Shown here: piece after piece, positions 29,416 to 38,038 of the stretch
Position numbering within the stretch: the first letter of the stretch is position 1
How the letters are laid out: every line of letters begins with the position of its first letter
Origin: Cyanobacteria bacterium auto_48_18
GTDB taxonomy: Bacteria; Cyanobacteriota; Vampirovibrionia; Obscuribacterales; Obscuribacteraceae
Length of the DNA: 64,000 nucleotides
Reading direction: 5' to 3'
NCBI GenBank assembly: GCA_036170915.1
Contig: JAVHQC010000008.1
Span: 25,465 to 89,464 of the forward strand
Translations under genes and position numbers: made by a program
Notes under the pieces: model-generated
What the model saw: the letters and a program-made list of their open reading frames with translations, nothing else
Database searches by the model: none
What the model was told of the DNA's origin: nothing

Positions 29416-30540
29416 ATGGTTGAAGAAAATAAAAACAACAAGCAACGTGCGCAAGAAAAACTCAAATTAACTGAGTTGTATGGCCAGTTTAAAGAGCAGT
29501 ATCCCACCATTGAACACATCTGGTATGCCCTGTTGCAGCATGCCATAGAGGCACTGCTAATCTTTTGCAGGGAATGTGGAGCGTCCGATCTTTTGAGAAG
29601 TAAAGGTAGTAGAAGAGGCAAATGTCTTCGTTGCGGACTGTGGCAGTCCTTAACCGCTGGTGGGTTTCTCAGCAACGTTAGACGGCCTGGCGCCTGGCTT
29701 TTTGCACTCAACTTATTGGCGAGCAAACAATTTTTCAGTAGCGAATTATTTCATGACGTTGTTGGTGTGTCGCAATCAACTGCTTCACATATTTTCAAAA
29801 CTATTGGTTATGCAGTTGGTCAAAAGTTAGACGAGGACACCACCTTAGTGAAGTCATCAGCTTTTAAAGAAGTATTTTTTCATCGCAGTCGTGAAACACC
29901 AAAAGGAAAACATCCTGCGGAAGAAGAGCTTTTCTTCGGATTGGATGATGCTGAGTGCCAGGTCGGTGGCACACCAACTGCAAGTGTCGATGATCAGACA
30001 ATGTGTGATAGCGCATTGTCGAATGTGGATAGTGCGGAAGCAGCAGTGGCAGCCTTAAAACATCTATTTGCGACGCTGAGTGGGGATCAACAAAAGATCG
30101 CAAGTTTGTTGTCCAGAGATCCTGTGCATTTCGATGTTCTTATGCGCGATAGCGGGCTTACAGTGCCGCAGGCTGCGTCATCGTTAACCCTTTTGGAATT
30201 AGCCGGTGTTGCCAGCCGCATGCCTGGAGACCGCTACGTGCTGGCAGAGATGGCACCACTACAGGTCGGCAGTGCGGTTGGTGAGACCGATGAGGACCAG
30301 GTAGACTTAACTAAGTCTCAAATCAAAGCCGTATCACTGTTTTTGATGTTCATACGGCGAGTATTTTCTGGATTGAGTCGAAAATGGCTTCACCACTACC
30401 TAAGTATGTTTTCTTGCTACCTTGACGAAGATAGGTGGGATTACATTGCCATATCCACGGCCTGCTTTGAGGCGGGATACATCGGCGGCAGTCGCTTGCT
30501 CGATTATGTATCACCTCGACTGGTAAAATTGCCAAATTAA
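29416..30540 (+). CDS. IS1595-transposase-like Zn-ribbon/HTH protein with an internal DprA-like winged helix and no evident DDE core
   Basis: GGAGG RBS. CRECG...CLRCG..QSLTAG, W, and GVSQSTA. Central LSGDQQKIASLL...HFDVL...SGL.......LTLLELAG.....PG.RY. C-terminal FSGLSRKWLHHYLSMF. Confidence 0.65.
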   Translation: MVEENKNNKQRAQEKLKLTELYGQFKEQYPTIEHIWYALLQHAIEALLIFCRECGASDLLRSKGSRRGKCLRCGLWQSLTAGGFLSNVRRPGAWLFALNLLASKQFFSSELFHDVVGVSQSTASHIFKTIGYAVGQKLDEDTTLVKSSAFKEVFFHRSRETPKGKHPAEEELFFGLDDAECQVGGTPTASVDDQTMCDSALSNVDSAEAAVAALKHLFATLSGDQQKIASLLSRDPVHFDVLMRDSGLTVPQAASSLTLLELAGVASRMPGDRYVLAEMAPLQVGSAVGETDEDQVDLTKSQIKAVSLFLMFIRRVFSGLSRKWLHHYLSMFSCYLDEDRWDYIAISTACFEAGYIGGSRLLDYVSPRLVKLPN

Positions 30541-30549
30541 TGGTGCTGA

Positions 30550-31833
30550 TTAAGGGACGGGCTTGTCGTTTAGGATTGCATCAAGCTCGCTCGCCAGGCG
30601 TGTCTTTAAGTCGGTGCCGAAGCCGACGTGCACCGCCTTAACTACACCGTCCTTGCCGATAACTACAGATTGCGGTATGCCTTCCACCTGATAAGATTTT
30701 GCTACCGCGCCGTCTTTATCTAGAGCAACGTTTATGGCCAGGCCTTCTGACTTCAAAAATGATTCAATTTTGCCGGGCTCTTCCCGGAGGTCTATGGCAA
30801 AGAATTTGACTCCCTTGCTTTCGTACGCCTTGGTCACCTCTGCCAGGATAGGCAGTGCCTGACGGCACGGTGGGCACCACGTAGCCCAGAAATCTAGTAC
30901 CACGATATTCTTGGATTTATATGAAGCAAGATCAAGCTTGCCACCACCTATAGTGTCTAAGGCAATTGGTGGGGCTGGCTGGTTGAGAAGAGCATGAGGT
31001 TGATCGTGGCTTGCCAGGGTGGGATTGGGCGCTGAGAAGAACGTGGTAAGGACTTTTGCGTCTTTCGGCACGTTAAATTTGAAATCATCGGAGGAAACTT
31101 TACCGTCGGAGAGGTCGGTGTAACTAAAAACGAGCGAGAGGCTTGAGTCATCCACCATTTTTCCAAGCGATGGTGAAACTCGTCGTACCCACGGTTTGCT
31201 GCCGCGATCAATCCAGATGTCCCAGTCTAATTTTGAACCAACTTGAATGTGATCCACATCGAAGCCATCAATTTTCTCAGCGCCCAAATACTTGGCGCTT
31301 GTGATATTGAAGGTGCGTTGAATGAACTGGTAGGGATCGTCTGCCAACAACGATTCGAGTAAACTCTGGCCGCCGAAATTAAATCCGGTAGTGTATGCAA
31401 ATTCGCGATCTTTGAAGCTGTCGGTGAAGTTGCTACTGGCTTCGCCCTTCATGTAGCCGGCGCGGGGGGTATAGAGATATCTAGTTTTTCCATCCATTGC
31501 AACTTCGCTGCCGTTGCTTTTGTCGTCTCCGGTGATAGATATTGCTAGCTTATTGGGCTTTTCCGCCACAATTTTGAAATTGGTGGTGCGACTTTCTTTC
31601 TTCTGTTTTTGCACGCTGATGGTGTACACCATCACTGTTTTGAATGTTTTTAGTCCACCATAAAAATCAGACATTTTTTTCAGTAGTTGCTCTGCCTTGG
31701 CATCGATCGAAACCGCGCTAGCATCGGTTTTAGCTGCGCCAGCAGTTTGATCTCCGGTGGCAGAAAAAACACTGGGCGGGCATATAATGCTAGAGATGGT
31801 GAGACTCAAAGCGAGAAGTGTTTTTGCATGCAT
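30550..31833 (-). CDS. Exported DUF2092/LolA-like domain + TlpA-family thioredoxin
   Basis: Signal peptide, AEQLLKKMSDF, KPNKL and DWDIWI. C-terminal VVLDFWATWCPPC and Y.VEGIP. Confidence 0.85.
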   Translation of the reverse strand: MHAKTLLALSLTISSIICPPSVFSATGDQTAGAAKTDASAVSIDAKAEQLLKKMSDFYGGLKTFKTVMVYTISVQKQKKESRTTNFKIVAEKPNKLAISITGDDKSNGSEVAMDGKTRYLYTPRAGYMKGEASSNFTDSFKDREFAYTTGFNFGGQSLLESLLADDPYQFIQRTFNITSAKYLGAEKIDGFDVDHIQVGSKLDWDIWIDRGSKPWVRRVSPSLGKMVDDSSLSLVFSYTDLSDGKVSSDDFKFNVPKDAKVLTTFFSAPNPTLASHDQPHALLNQPAPPIALDTIGGGKLDLASYKSKNIVVLDFWATWCPPCRQALPILAEVTKAYESKGVKFFAIDLREEPGKIESFLKSEGLAINVALDKDGAVAKSYQVEGIPQSVVIGKDGVVKAVHVGFGTDLKTRLASELDAILNDKPVP

Positions 31834-31938
31834 GGTGAAATTGAACCCGAGTAGAAGTTCGATAATTGTAGCCGACATTCAATAATCGGCCGTGGCCGAC
31901 GACTTTATGGTAGATGCCTTTGCTAAACCTTTGCAACA

Positions 31939-34263
31939 GTGAATAAGCCTGTAAATACCGCTGGGAATGCTGACTCGCCTAGGCAAACACCGAGGCCAAT
32001 ACCTGCTGGCGCTGAGTTTCAAGCTGGCGCTGTTGTAAACAATAGCTATGAGATAGTCGACTACCTTGGCCGGGGTGCAATGGGCTTCGTCTATCGAGCC
32101 AGGCACTTAATCTTGTCAAAGGAGTACGCTCTCAAGACTCTTGGCGCAGACCAGGTCAATGAAACGGCCTGGCGACGATTTCAGAATGAAGCTCAAGCCA
32201 TTGCCAAGATGAATCATCCCAATGTGGTGGGAATACACAACTTCGGTTTGCACCGCACAGCCGAAGGTTTTGATATTCCATACTACGTAATGGATTTACT
32301 CGAGGGCGGCAATCTCATGGAGCGTTTACGAGACCATGGTGCTGTACCGTTAACGGTTGCTGTGCGTATCTTTCAGCAAGCTGCAGCCGGCCTTGGTTAT
32401 GCACATAGCAAAGGGATAATTCACAGAGATGTGAAGCCTGGCAATATAGTCTTGCTTAACTCGCCAGACAGCACCGGGGCAATTCTTAAAATTGTAGATT
32501 TTGGAATTGCCAAACTTACCGATAATGAGCTCTATAGCCAGAAACTAACCAATGCGGGAGAAGTTTTCGGCAGCCCATATTACATGAGTCCAGAGCAGAG
32601 TATGGCGCTGAAAATAGATTCGAGAACCGATATTTATTCACTTGGTGTCTCATTATTCGAGACTCTAGCCGGGGTCACACCGTTTGGCGGGAAATCAGCT
32701 GTTGAGACAATGATCAATCATCAAACTGCTCCGGTCCCGGACATCAGCACTATTGCTGGTAAGAATTTTCCAGCGGATTTGCAAAGCGTACTGGAAATTA
32801 TGATGGCGAAAAAACCAGATGACCGATATCAGACGATGCAACAAGTCATTGCAGATTTGTCTGCGCTGGAACATGGTAAACGCCCCAGTTTCCAAACTTA
32901 CTTGCCGGAGGGCTCGGATGATCATTCCGATGATCACTTTGGTTTTCGTCAGGCCTTGTCTGAACCATCTCTTCTGGCAGCAACGAGGCCAGGTCCGCAT
33001 GGGGGCTCTAACTCGCTAGCCGAAACGGACGACTCCACAGAGAAGCAGCACACAAATTTGCCCAAAGTCGTTTTCCTTTCTCTTGCAGGAACGATTCTTG
33101 TTTTATTTTCCGTTTTTTCTTTAATTCGATTCAATGATGAAGCGAAGGGAGACACTCAAAAATCGACTTCTAAAATTTCATCTGTGAACGGGTCAGCACG
33201 CAGCAGCTTGTCGGTTTTAGCTTCAACCGTTAACGGTTCGAGAGATTATAAGAATTTGGTCGGTCAAGCTGCAGGCAAATGGCTTTCCAACAGTGCCAAC
33301 GAGCATGGCAGCTCATTTAAGGAAAGTTCCGATTTAATTGAGTCAGGTATGGGCGAACTCGAGCTGGTTGTAGATCGTGGGGAGAAAGCTGTAAAAGACT
33401 ATACTGGTCAACAAGTGGTCTCGCTCAATGCGCAGAAGCTGACAGCTAAATATTCGTCCCTTAAAACTATTGGCGGCATTCGTTATCGTAGTTTTAAATT
33501 TCCCCACGATGTTTTCATCGGCTCTATTTACAGCTCCGAATTAAGAATGGAAAAAAATGCGCAGGACGCCTGGGAGGTCCCTGAAAGCGCTCGTCTTTGT
33601 TACAGTCCTTCGCTCGTGGTAGCTAAGTATCCGCAATTTTTGAAGAGATTTAGAGCCGGCGATATATATTCCTTGTCTCTGCTTCCTATGGCCTGTAGCA
33701 ATCAGCTACTAGAGCAGGTTTCTCTAATTCCAGAAGTGCACGAGCTGTCAATCAAGTATTGCAAGAGATTTACTCCGTCATGTTACTCAGCTTTTGCAAA
33801 ATTCAAGACTCTTGACCTCTTGGACCTTTCAGGGAGTAATGTGGATGGCGCAACGCTGGCTAAAGCTAAAAGCCTCGGAACAGTTAAGAAGATACTCTGG
33901 TCTGATGCTGTGAAACCAGGCCCTTTCTTGAGACAAGTGGCAGGGTCGCCTAATCTCGTTGCTCTAAATTTAACAGGGTCACATCTTACCCCTGAAGATT
34001 TCCACGCAATTGCGCAGATGCCTAATTTAAAGAGTCTGGAAATTGCTCAGAATAAGCTCTCCACCGATGATCTTAGATTATTGAGCCGCTTGTCTCAGCT
34101 GACAGAGCTTAACGTTCAAGAATGCGGGCTGAAGCAGGAGGCTGTTCCAGTATTGAAACGGTTTCATTCTCTTCGCGACTTGAAGATTCTTTCCAAGGGC
34201 ACTCCTGCTCGCATGAGTGAAGCACTGTTTAAAGGCCTGCCACCGAATGTGATAATTCACTGA
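31939..34263 (+). CDS. Hanks-type Ser/Thr kinase + TM + C-terminal LRR domain
   Basis: LGRGAMG.V, ALK, HRDVKPGN, DFG, GSPYYMSPEQ and DIYSLG. One TM, then LxxLxLxxxxL repeats. Confidence 0.92.
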   Translation: MNKPVNTAGNADSPRQTPRPIPAGAEFQAGAVVNNSYEIVDYLGRGAMGFVYRARHLILSKEYALKTLGADQVNETAWRRFQNEAQAIAKMNHPNVVGIHNFGLHRTAEGFDIPYYVMDLLEGGNLMERLRDHGAVPLTVAVRIFQQAAAGLGYAHSKGIIHRDVKPGNIVLLNSPDSTGAILKIVDFGIAKLTDNELYSQKLTNAGEVFGSPYYMSPEQSMALKIDSRTDIYSLGVSLFETLAGVTPFGGKSAVETMINHQTAPVPDISTIAGKNFPADLQSVLEIMMAKKPDDRYQTMQQVIADLSALEHGKRPSFQTYLPEGSDDHSDDHFGFRQALSEPSLLAATRPGPHGGSNSLAETDDSTEKQHTNLPKVVFLSLAGTILVLFSVFSLIRFNDEAKGDTQKSTSKISSVNGSARSSLSVLASTVNGSRDYKNLVGQAAGKWLSNSANEHGSSFKESSDLIESGMGELELVVDRGEKAVKDYTGQQVVSLNAQKLTAKYSSLKTIGGIRYRSFKFPHDVFIGSIYSSELRMEKNAQDAWEVPESARLCYSPSLVVAKYPQFLKRFRAGDIYSLSLLPMACSNQLLEQVSLIPEVHELSIKYCKRFTPSCYSAFAKFKTLDLLDLSGSNVDGATLAKAKSLGTVKKILWSDAVKPGPFLRQVAGSPNLVALNLTGSHLTPEDFHAIAQMPNLKSLEIAQNKLSTDDLRLLSRLSQLTELNVQECGLKQEAVPVLKRFHSLRDLKILSKGTPARMSEALFKGLPPNVIIH
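33223..33239. repeat. Palindrome family core in-frame in kinase 1 (encodes STVNGS)
   Basis: TCAACCGTTAACGGTTC, core 33225-33238. Confidence 0.8.
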
Positions 34264-34285
34264 CAGAATCAAATAATTTAACTGT

Positions 34286-36526
34286 ATGCAATCCGATTCA
34301 CCTGACTCAAAAAATATACGCACTAATCGACATCGTCGGACAGTGGAGCGGTTAGCATTGCGTCGCCAAACAACAAGTAACCGTCTCAGTCAGCAGCTTG
34401 GCGTAGGTAGCGGGGTTGAACCATTCGAAGTATTTCGTGCAGGCACCGTTATCGGTGGAAAATTTCGCATAGTCTCCTTAATTGGCATGGGCGGCATGGG
34501 TATTGTTTACCTGGCTGAGCATGTCGCTTTGCAGAAGCGGTATGCACTAAAAATCCTGGCACCAGATTTGGTTAATGAACAGAATTGGCTGCGCTTTAAG
34601 TCGGAAGCAAAAATTCTGGCTGGATTGAATCATCCGACCCTGGTCAATGTCTACGACCTTGGTATCCATGCTGATTCGGTGCCATTTTATGCTATGGATT
34701 ATATAGAGGGCTTTACCGTTGAAGATCTGCTTTGTGATGCTCAACCGTTAACTGTTGATAGAACTATCGACATCTTTCTCGTCGTTCTCGATGGATTGGC
34801 ATACGCCCATCGCAACGGCGTCATTCACCGCGACATCAAGCCTGGAAACATTTTGCTTCAAGCCGGCGGGCCAGGCGTTAGTCAGTCGGTAAAAATTCTT
34901 GACTTCGGCATTTCAAAACTGCTTGATACAAGACATGGTGAGCAGTACCTGACGGCCATCGGTGAGATTTTTGGCAGCCCTTATTACATGAGTCCTGAGC
35001 AGTGTGCGGGAGAAATAGTTGATTCCAAATCCGACATTTATTCGGTTGGTTGTGCAATGTTCGAGACTTTAACCGGTTACGTTCCCTTTGATGGTGAAAC
35101 GCCGCTTGAGACGGCTTTGATGCATCAAGAAGATGACGTTCCGCTTCTTGGTGAGCTCTGCCAAGAAAAGCATTTTCCAGAGTCTTTGGATTTTGTCATC
35201 GGTAAATGTATGGCAAAAGCACCTGGCGATCGGTATAGATCTGCAAAGGAAGTTGCGCTTGATCTCATTCGTATTAAAGAAGGCAAAGACGTATTCGCTT
35301 ATTCAGCTGAAAGCGTAGCTAGAAGGAGCGGCAAAAGAACAGGTGGGCGCAGCGGAAGGCAAAAAAAAGCGCTCCAGCTGAGCAAGGGGATAAGTGCGCT
35401 CGGCGTGATGGGTGTCTTAGCAGTGATGGTTGGCACGCTTACTTGTCTGCTCTGGTTGAATGTAGTGAATGAGATGCGGTCGTTAAAGCAGTCGCAAGGG
35501 GCCAAAATTACAAGCCACGCTTTAAATCATTTGCCGTCTTTTCCTGAGCCGGAAGGTATAGAAATCGGTCGAACCGTCCCCCATTCAAAAGACGATTTGA
35601 ATAGCGTAGCTAAGAGTCCAGGTCGGCTTGATAGTATGCTAGGCAACAGCGGAAACATTATGGTGGCCTTCAATCACATTCCGAAAAAAGCTCCACCGTC
35701 CAGCAAAATTAAGACCCCTTATTCATCGTTAGAGACCGCCAGCGGAGAACGTTTTCGTACTTTTGATTTTCCTAAAGATGCATTCTTGGGATGCGTGTAT
35801 GGTGACAACATTGGAGAAAGTGCAAGAGCTCAAGGCCAAGTAAGACTTAGTGATTCAGATGTATTGACATATTGTCCATCGCGCACTGCTACTCGATTTC
35901 CGCAATATTTGCAGCGGTTCAGGGCAGGAGATGTACGAACAATTAAATTACTTAGTTTTGCTAACGATAACGAGATGCTGAAGGCAATAACAATGGTTCC
36001 TGGTGTACAGACTTTGCGACTTGCTTCATGTAAGCAGATCGATGCTCGAGGACTGCGTGTTCTTTCACGTATGCGGCATCTGCAAAGATTAGACGTGAGC
36101 GACACCACATTTGACGGCGCTATGCTGGCCGGCGCATGCGATTGGAGCAATCTGCAAAGCCTTATCTACGGTTCTGGCACTAATGTTGGACCAATGCTTT
36201 CTGCACTTATACCATCAACAAAATTCATGGTTCTAGATTTGAATCATGCCAGATTGAGCGATTCCGATTATCGATTACTCGCTCAAATGACTGGATTGGT
36301 TAGCCTGAATCTTTCGTACACACAAACAAACGCGAGTCACTTGAAAGCCCTGTCGCGCCTGAGTTCGCTACAAAGTCTGAATTTAGAAGGTTGCCCTTTT
36401 TCGCCACAGGTAATTTATGCCTTGCGAGATTTTAAATCTCTAAAATCGGTCACTCTTGGTTTAGCTGAACTGCCAGAATTAAGCAAGGGGCTTAAATTAG
36501 AGCTGCCAGGAGTCGAGATTCGGTAG
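34286..36526 (+). CDS. Hanks-type Ser/Thr kinase + TM + LRR domain (tandem paralogue)
   Basis: IGMGGMG.V, ALK, HRDIKPGN, DFG and GSPYYMSPEQ. TM, the shared motif FP.D.F.G...P..L.RFRAGD, and LRRs. Confidence 0.92.
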   Translation: MQSDSPDSKNIRTNRHRRTVERLALRRQTTSNRLSQQLGVGSGVEPFEVFRAGTVIGGKFRIVSLIGMGGMGIVYLAEHVALQKRYALKILAPDLVNEQNWLRFKSEAKILAGLNHPTLVNVYDLGIHADSVPFYAMDYIEGFTVEDLLCDAQPLTVDRTIDIFLVVLDGLAYAHRNGVIHRDIKPGNILLQAGGPGVSQSVKILDFGISKLLDTRHGEQYLTAIGEIFGSPYYMSPEQCAGEIVDSKSDIYSVGCAMFETLTGYVPFDGETPLETALMHQEDDVPLLGELCQEKHFPESLDFVIGKCMAKAPGDRYRSAKEVALDLIRIKEGKDVFAYSAESVARRSGKRTGGRSGRQKKALQLSKGISALGVMGVLAVMVGTLTCLLWLNVVNEMRSLKQSQGAKITSHALNHLPSFPEPEGIEIGRTVPHSKDDLNSVAKSPGRLDSMLGNSGNIMVAFNHIPKKAPPSSKIKTPYSSLETASGERFRTFDFPKDAFLGCVYGDNIGESARAQGQVRLSDSDVLTYCPSRTATRFPQYLQRFRAGDVRTIKLLSFANDNEMLKAITMVPGVQTLRLASCKQIDARGLRVLSRMRHLQRLDVSDTTFDGAMLAGACDWSNLQSLIYGSGTNVGPMLSALIPSTKFMVLDLNHARLSDSDYRLLAQMTGLVSLNLSYTQTNASHLKALSRLSSLQSLNLEGCPFSPQVIYALRDFKSLKSVTLGLAELPELSKGLKLELPGVEIR

Positions 36527-36533
36527 ATTGCGT

Positions 36534-36571
36534 GGTGGATCCATCAACCGTTAACGGTTGATGGATCCACC
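36534..36571. repeat. Dispersed palindrome family copy, perfect 38-bp palindrome
   Basis: GGTGGATCCATCAACCGTT|AACGGTTGATGGATCCACC, 8 bp after the kinase 2 stop, between convergent genes. Confidence 0.95.
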
Positions 36572-36640
36572 CAGTACCCTAACATGTTCAAAACCCCTGA
36601 AACCCCCAAAAAGAACCGCTCCCCCACACAGCCTGGCCGA

Positions 36641-38038
36641 TTACTCCGTAAGAATCCAACGTCTGGGTGAGGAGGCGAGGCTATTAGCCGGAGTACTTTG
36701 CTGCCAGTGGTGGCTCATATATTTGGCGTAAGCATTGTCCGAATCTATTTGTAGAACTTTGTTCAAATCAGCAAGTGCCAGGTCGTTTCTATTGGTGCAG
36801 CGATAACACGCTGCCCTGATCAAATAACAGTCTGCATTACCAGGCGCCAGAGCAATTGCCTGATTTAATTTTGCAATTGCTTTGTCATACTGTTGCAGTC
36901 CGTGATAGGCCATTCCGTCGTACAACAAGTTGCGGCTGGTATTATCGATAGCAATGTCCATCGATTTTTTTAGAGTAGCGCAGTGCAGAGCCAGGGGCGA
37001 ATATAGTGCCTTTTTGCCTTTTAAATTCTGCAGCCACTTGTTGCCTTTAGCTAGCGCACCACGAGGATCGTGATTAAATTCGTAGGCTACCATTTCGTCC
37101 GCGTAGTCAGCAAAGGAAGATACGCCTTGGGCTGCATATTTTTGATAAACACTTAAGGCTTGCTGATAATGTCCTTCATAGAGCAGAGATTTTGCCAGCA
37201 TCTGGTGAATCGAAAGGCTACTGGACTTAATTAGTAAATCTTCAAAAGGAAAAGGCGCAAGCTGGCTATGTTTTAGAGGTAATGTTTTTTCAAGAACAGT
37301 CTGTGCCTGGTTATAGTTGCCATTTTGAAAAAGAGCCAGACCCAGGAAGGCGTTGAAAAAGTAATCGTCTGGCGCCAGCTGGGTGGCTCGAGTAAAGTCA
37401 GGTATTGCTGCAGCTGCCGAAATGTTATTAAGAGCACCGTGAGTTTCCTGGGTTAGAAATGCACAGCCTCTACCAAAATGTGCGAGGGCCGAGCCAGGTT
37501 GCATGGCAAGGAATTGACTGCATTCCTCTTTGAGTGTTGCTTGGTCTGCTTTAAAGAATGCCAGAAATGCCTTTTGTTGATGTTTGTGCAATTCGACATC
37601 TGGATCAAACCAGGTATAAGACTGAGGAACTACAGTCCAAACTGCCGTCACTGCAATGAAAAACCAGCAAATCCAGGCCCCTGGTGCGAATGGTGGTTTG
37701 ACGCCTTGCGCCTTTGGTTTCTCCACCTGCCAATAAGGAAGATTTGGCGTATCTATATTTCCTTCGATTTTCTCGCGCAGCAATGGGTTCTTGTCTGATG
37801 CAGGTACACTTTTCGCCGCGTTCTCAATTTCCACGGGGACCAATTTCCCGGCCTTGTTCTCAGCCGGAGCCTCGTCAACAACTTTAAAAGTTGTGTTTTC
37901 GCGCTGTTCTTTAAATTCGAGTTTTTTAGCACCAGTCCCATAATTTCGCCCGCTGCCATTGTTAGACGCGCCATTATTAGCAGCGCCACCATTATTGCCG
38001 GCGCTGCCATTTTTATCATCGTCGTTATTCATGGCCAC
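36641..38038 (-). CDS. Single-pass membrane TPR-repeat protein
   Basis: Low-complexity N-terminus, TM (WICWFFIAVTAVWTVV), then TPR repeats. Overlaps the upstream kinase gene. Confidence 0.8.
   Translation of the reverse strand: MAMNNDDDKNGSAGNNGGAANNGASNNGSGRNYGTGAKKLEFKEQRENTTFKVVDEAPAENKAGKLVPVEIENAAKSVPASDKNPLLREKIEGNIDTPNLPYWQVEKPKAQGVKPPFAPGAWICWFFIAVTAVWTVVPQSYTWFDPDVELHKHQQKAFLAFFKADQATLKEECSQFLAMQPGSALAHFGRGCAFLTQETHGALNNISAAAAIPDFTRATQLAPDDYFFNAFLGLALFQNGNYNQAQTVLEKTLPLKHSQLAPFPFEDLLIKSSSLSIHQMLAKSLLYEGHYQQALSVYQKYAAQGVSSFADYADEMVAYEFNHDPRGALAKGNKWLQNLKGKKALYSPLALHCATLKKSMDIAIDNTSRNLLYDGMAYHGLQQYDKAIAKLNQAIALAPGNADCYLIRAACYRCTNRNDLALADLNKVLQIDSDNAYAKYMSHHWQQSTPANSLASSPRRWILTE

Noticed and set aside
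29362..30540. Active IS1595 insertion sequence
   Set aside because: No DDE motifs, terminal inverted repeats or target duplication recognised; reported as a derived chimeric gene instead.
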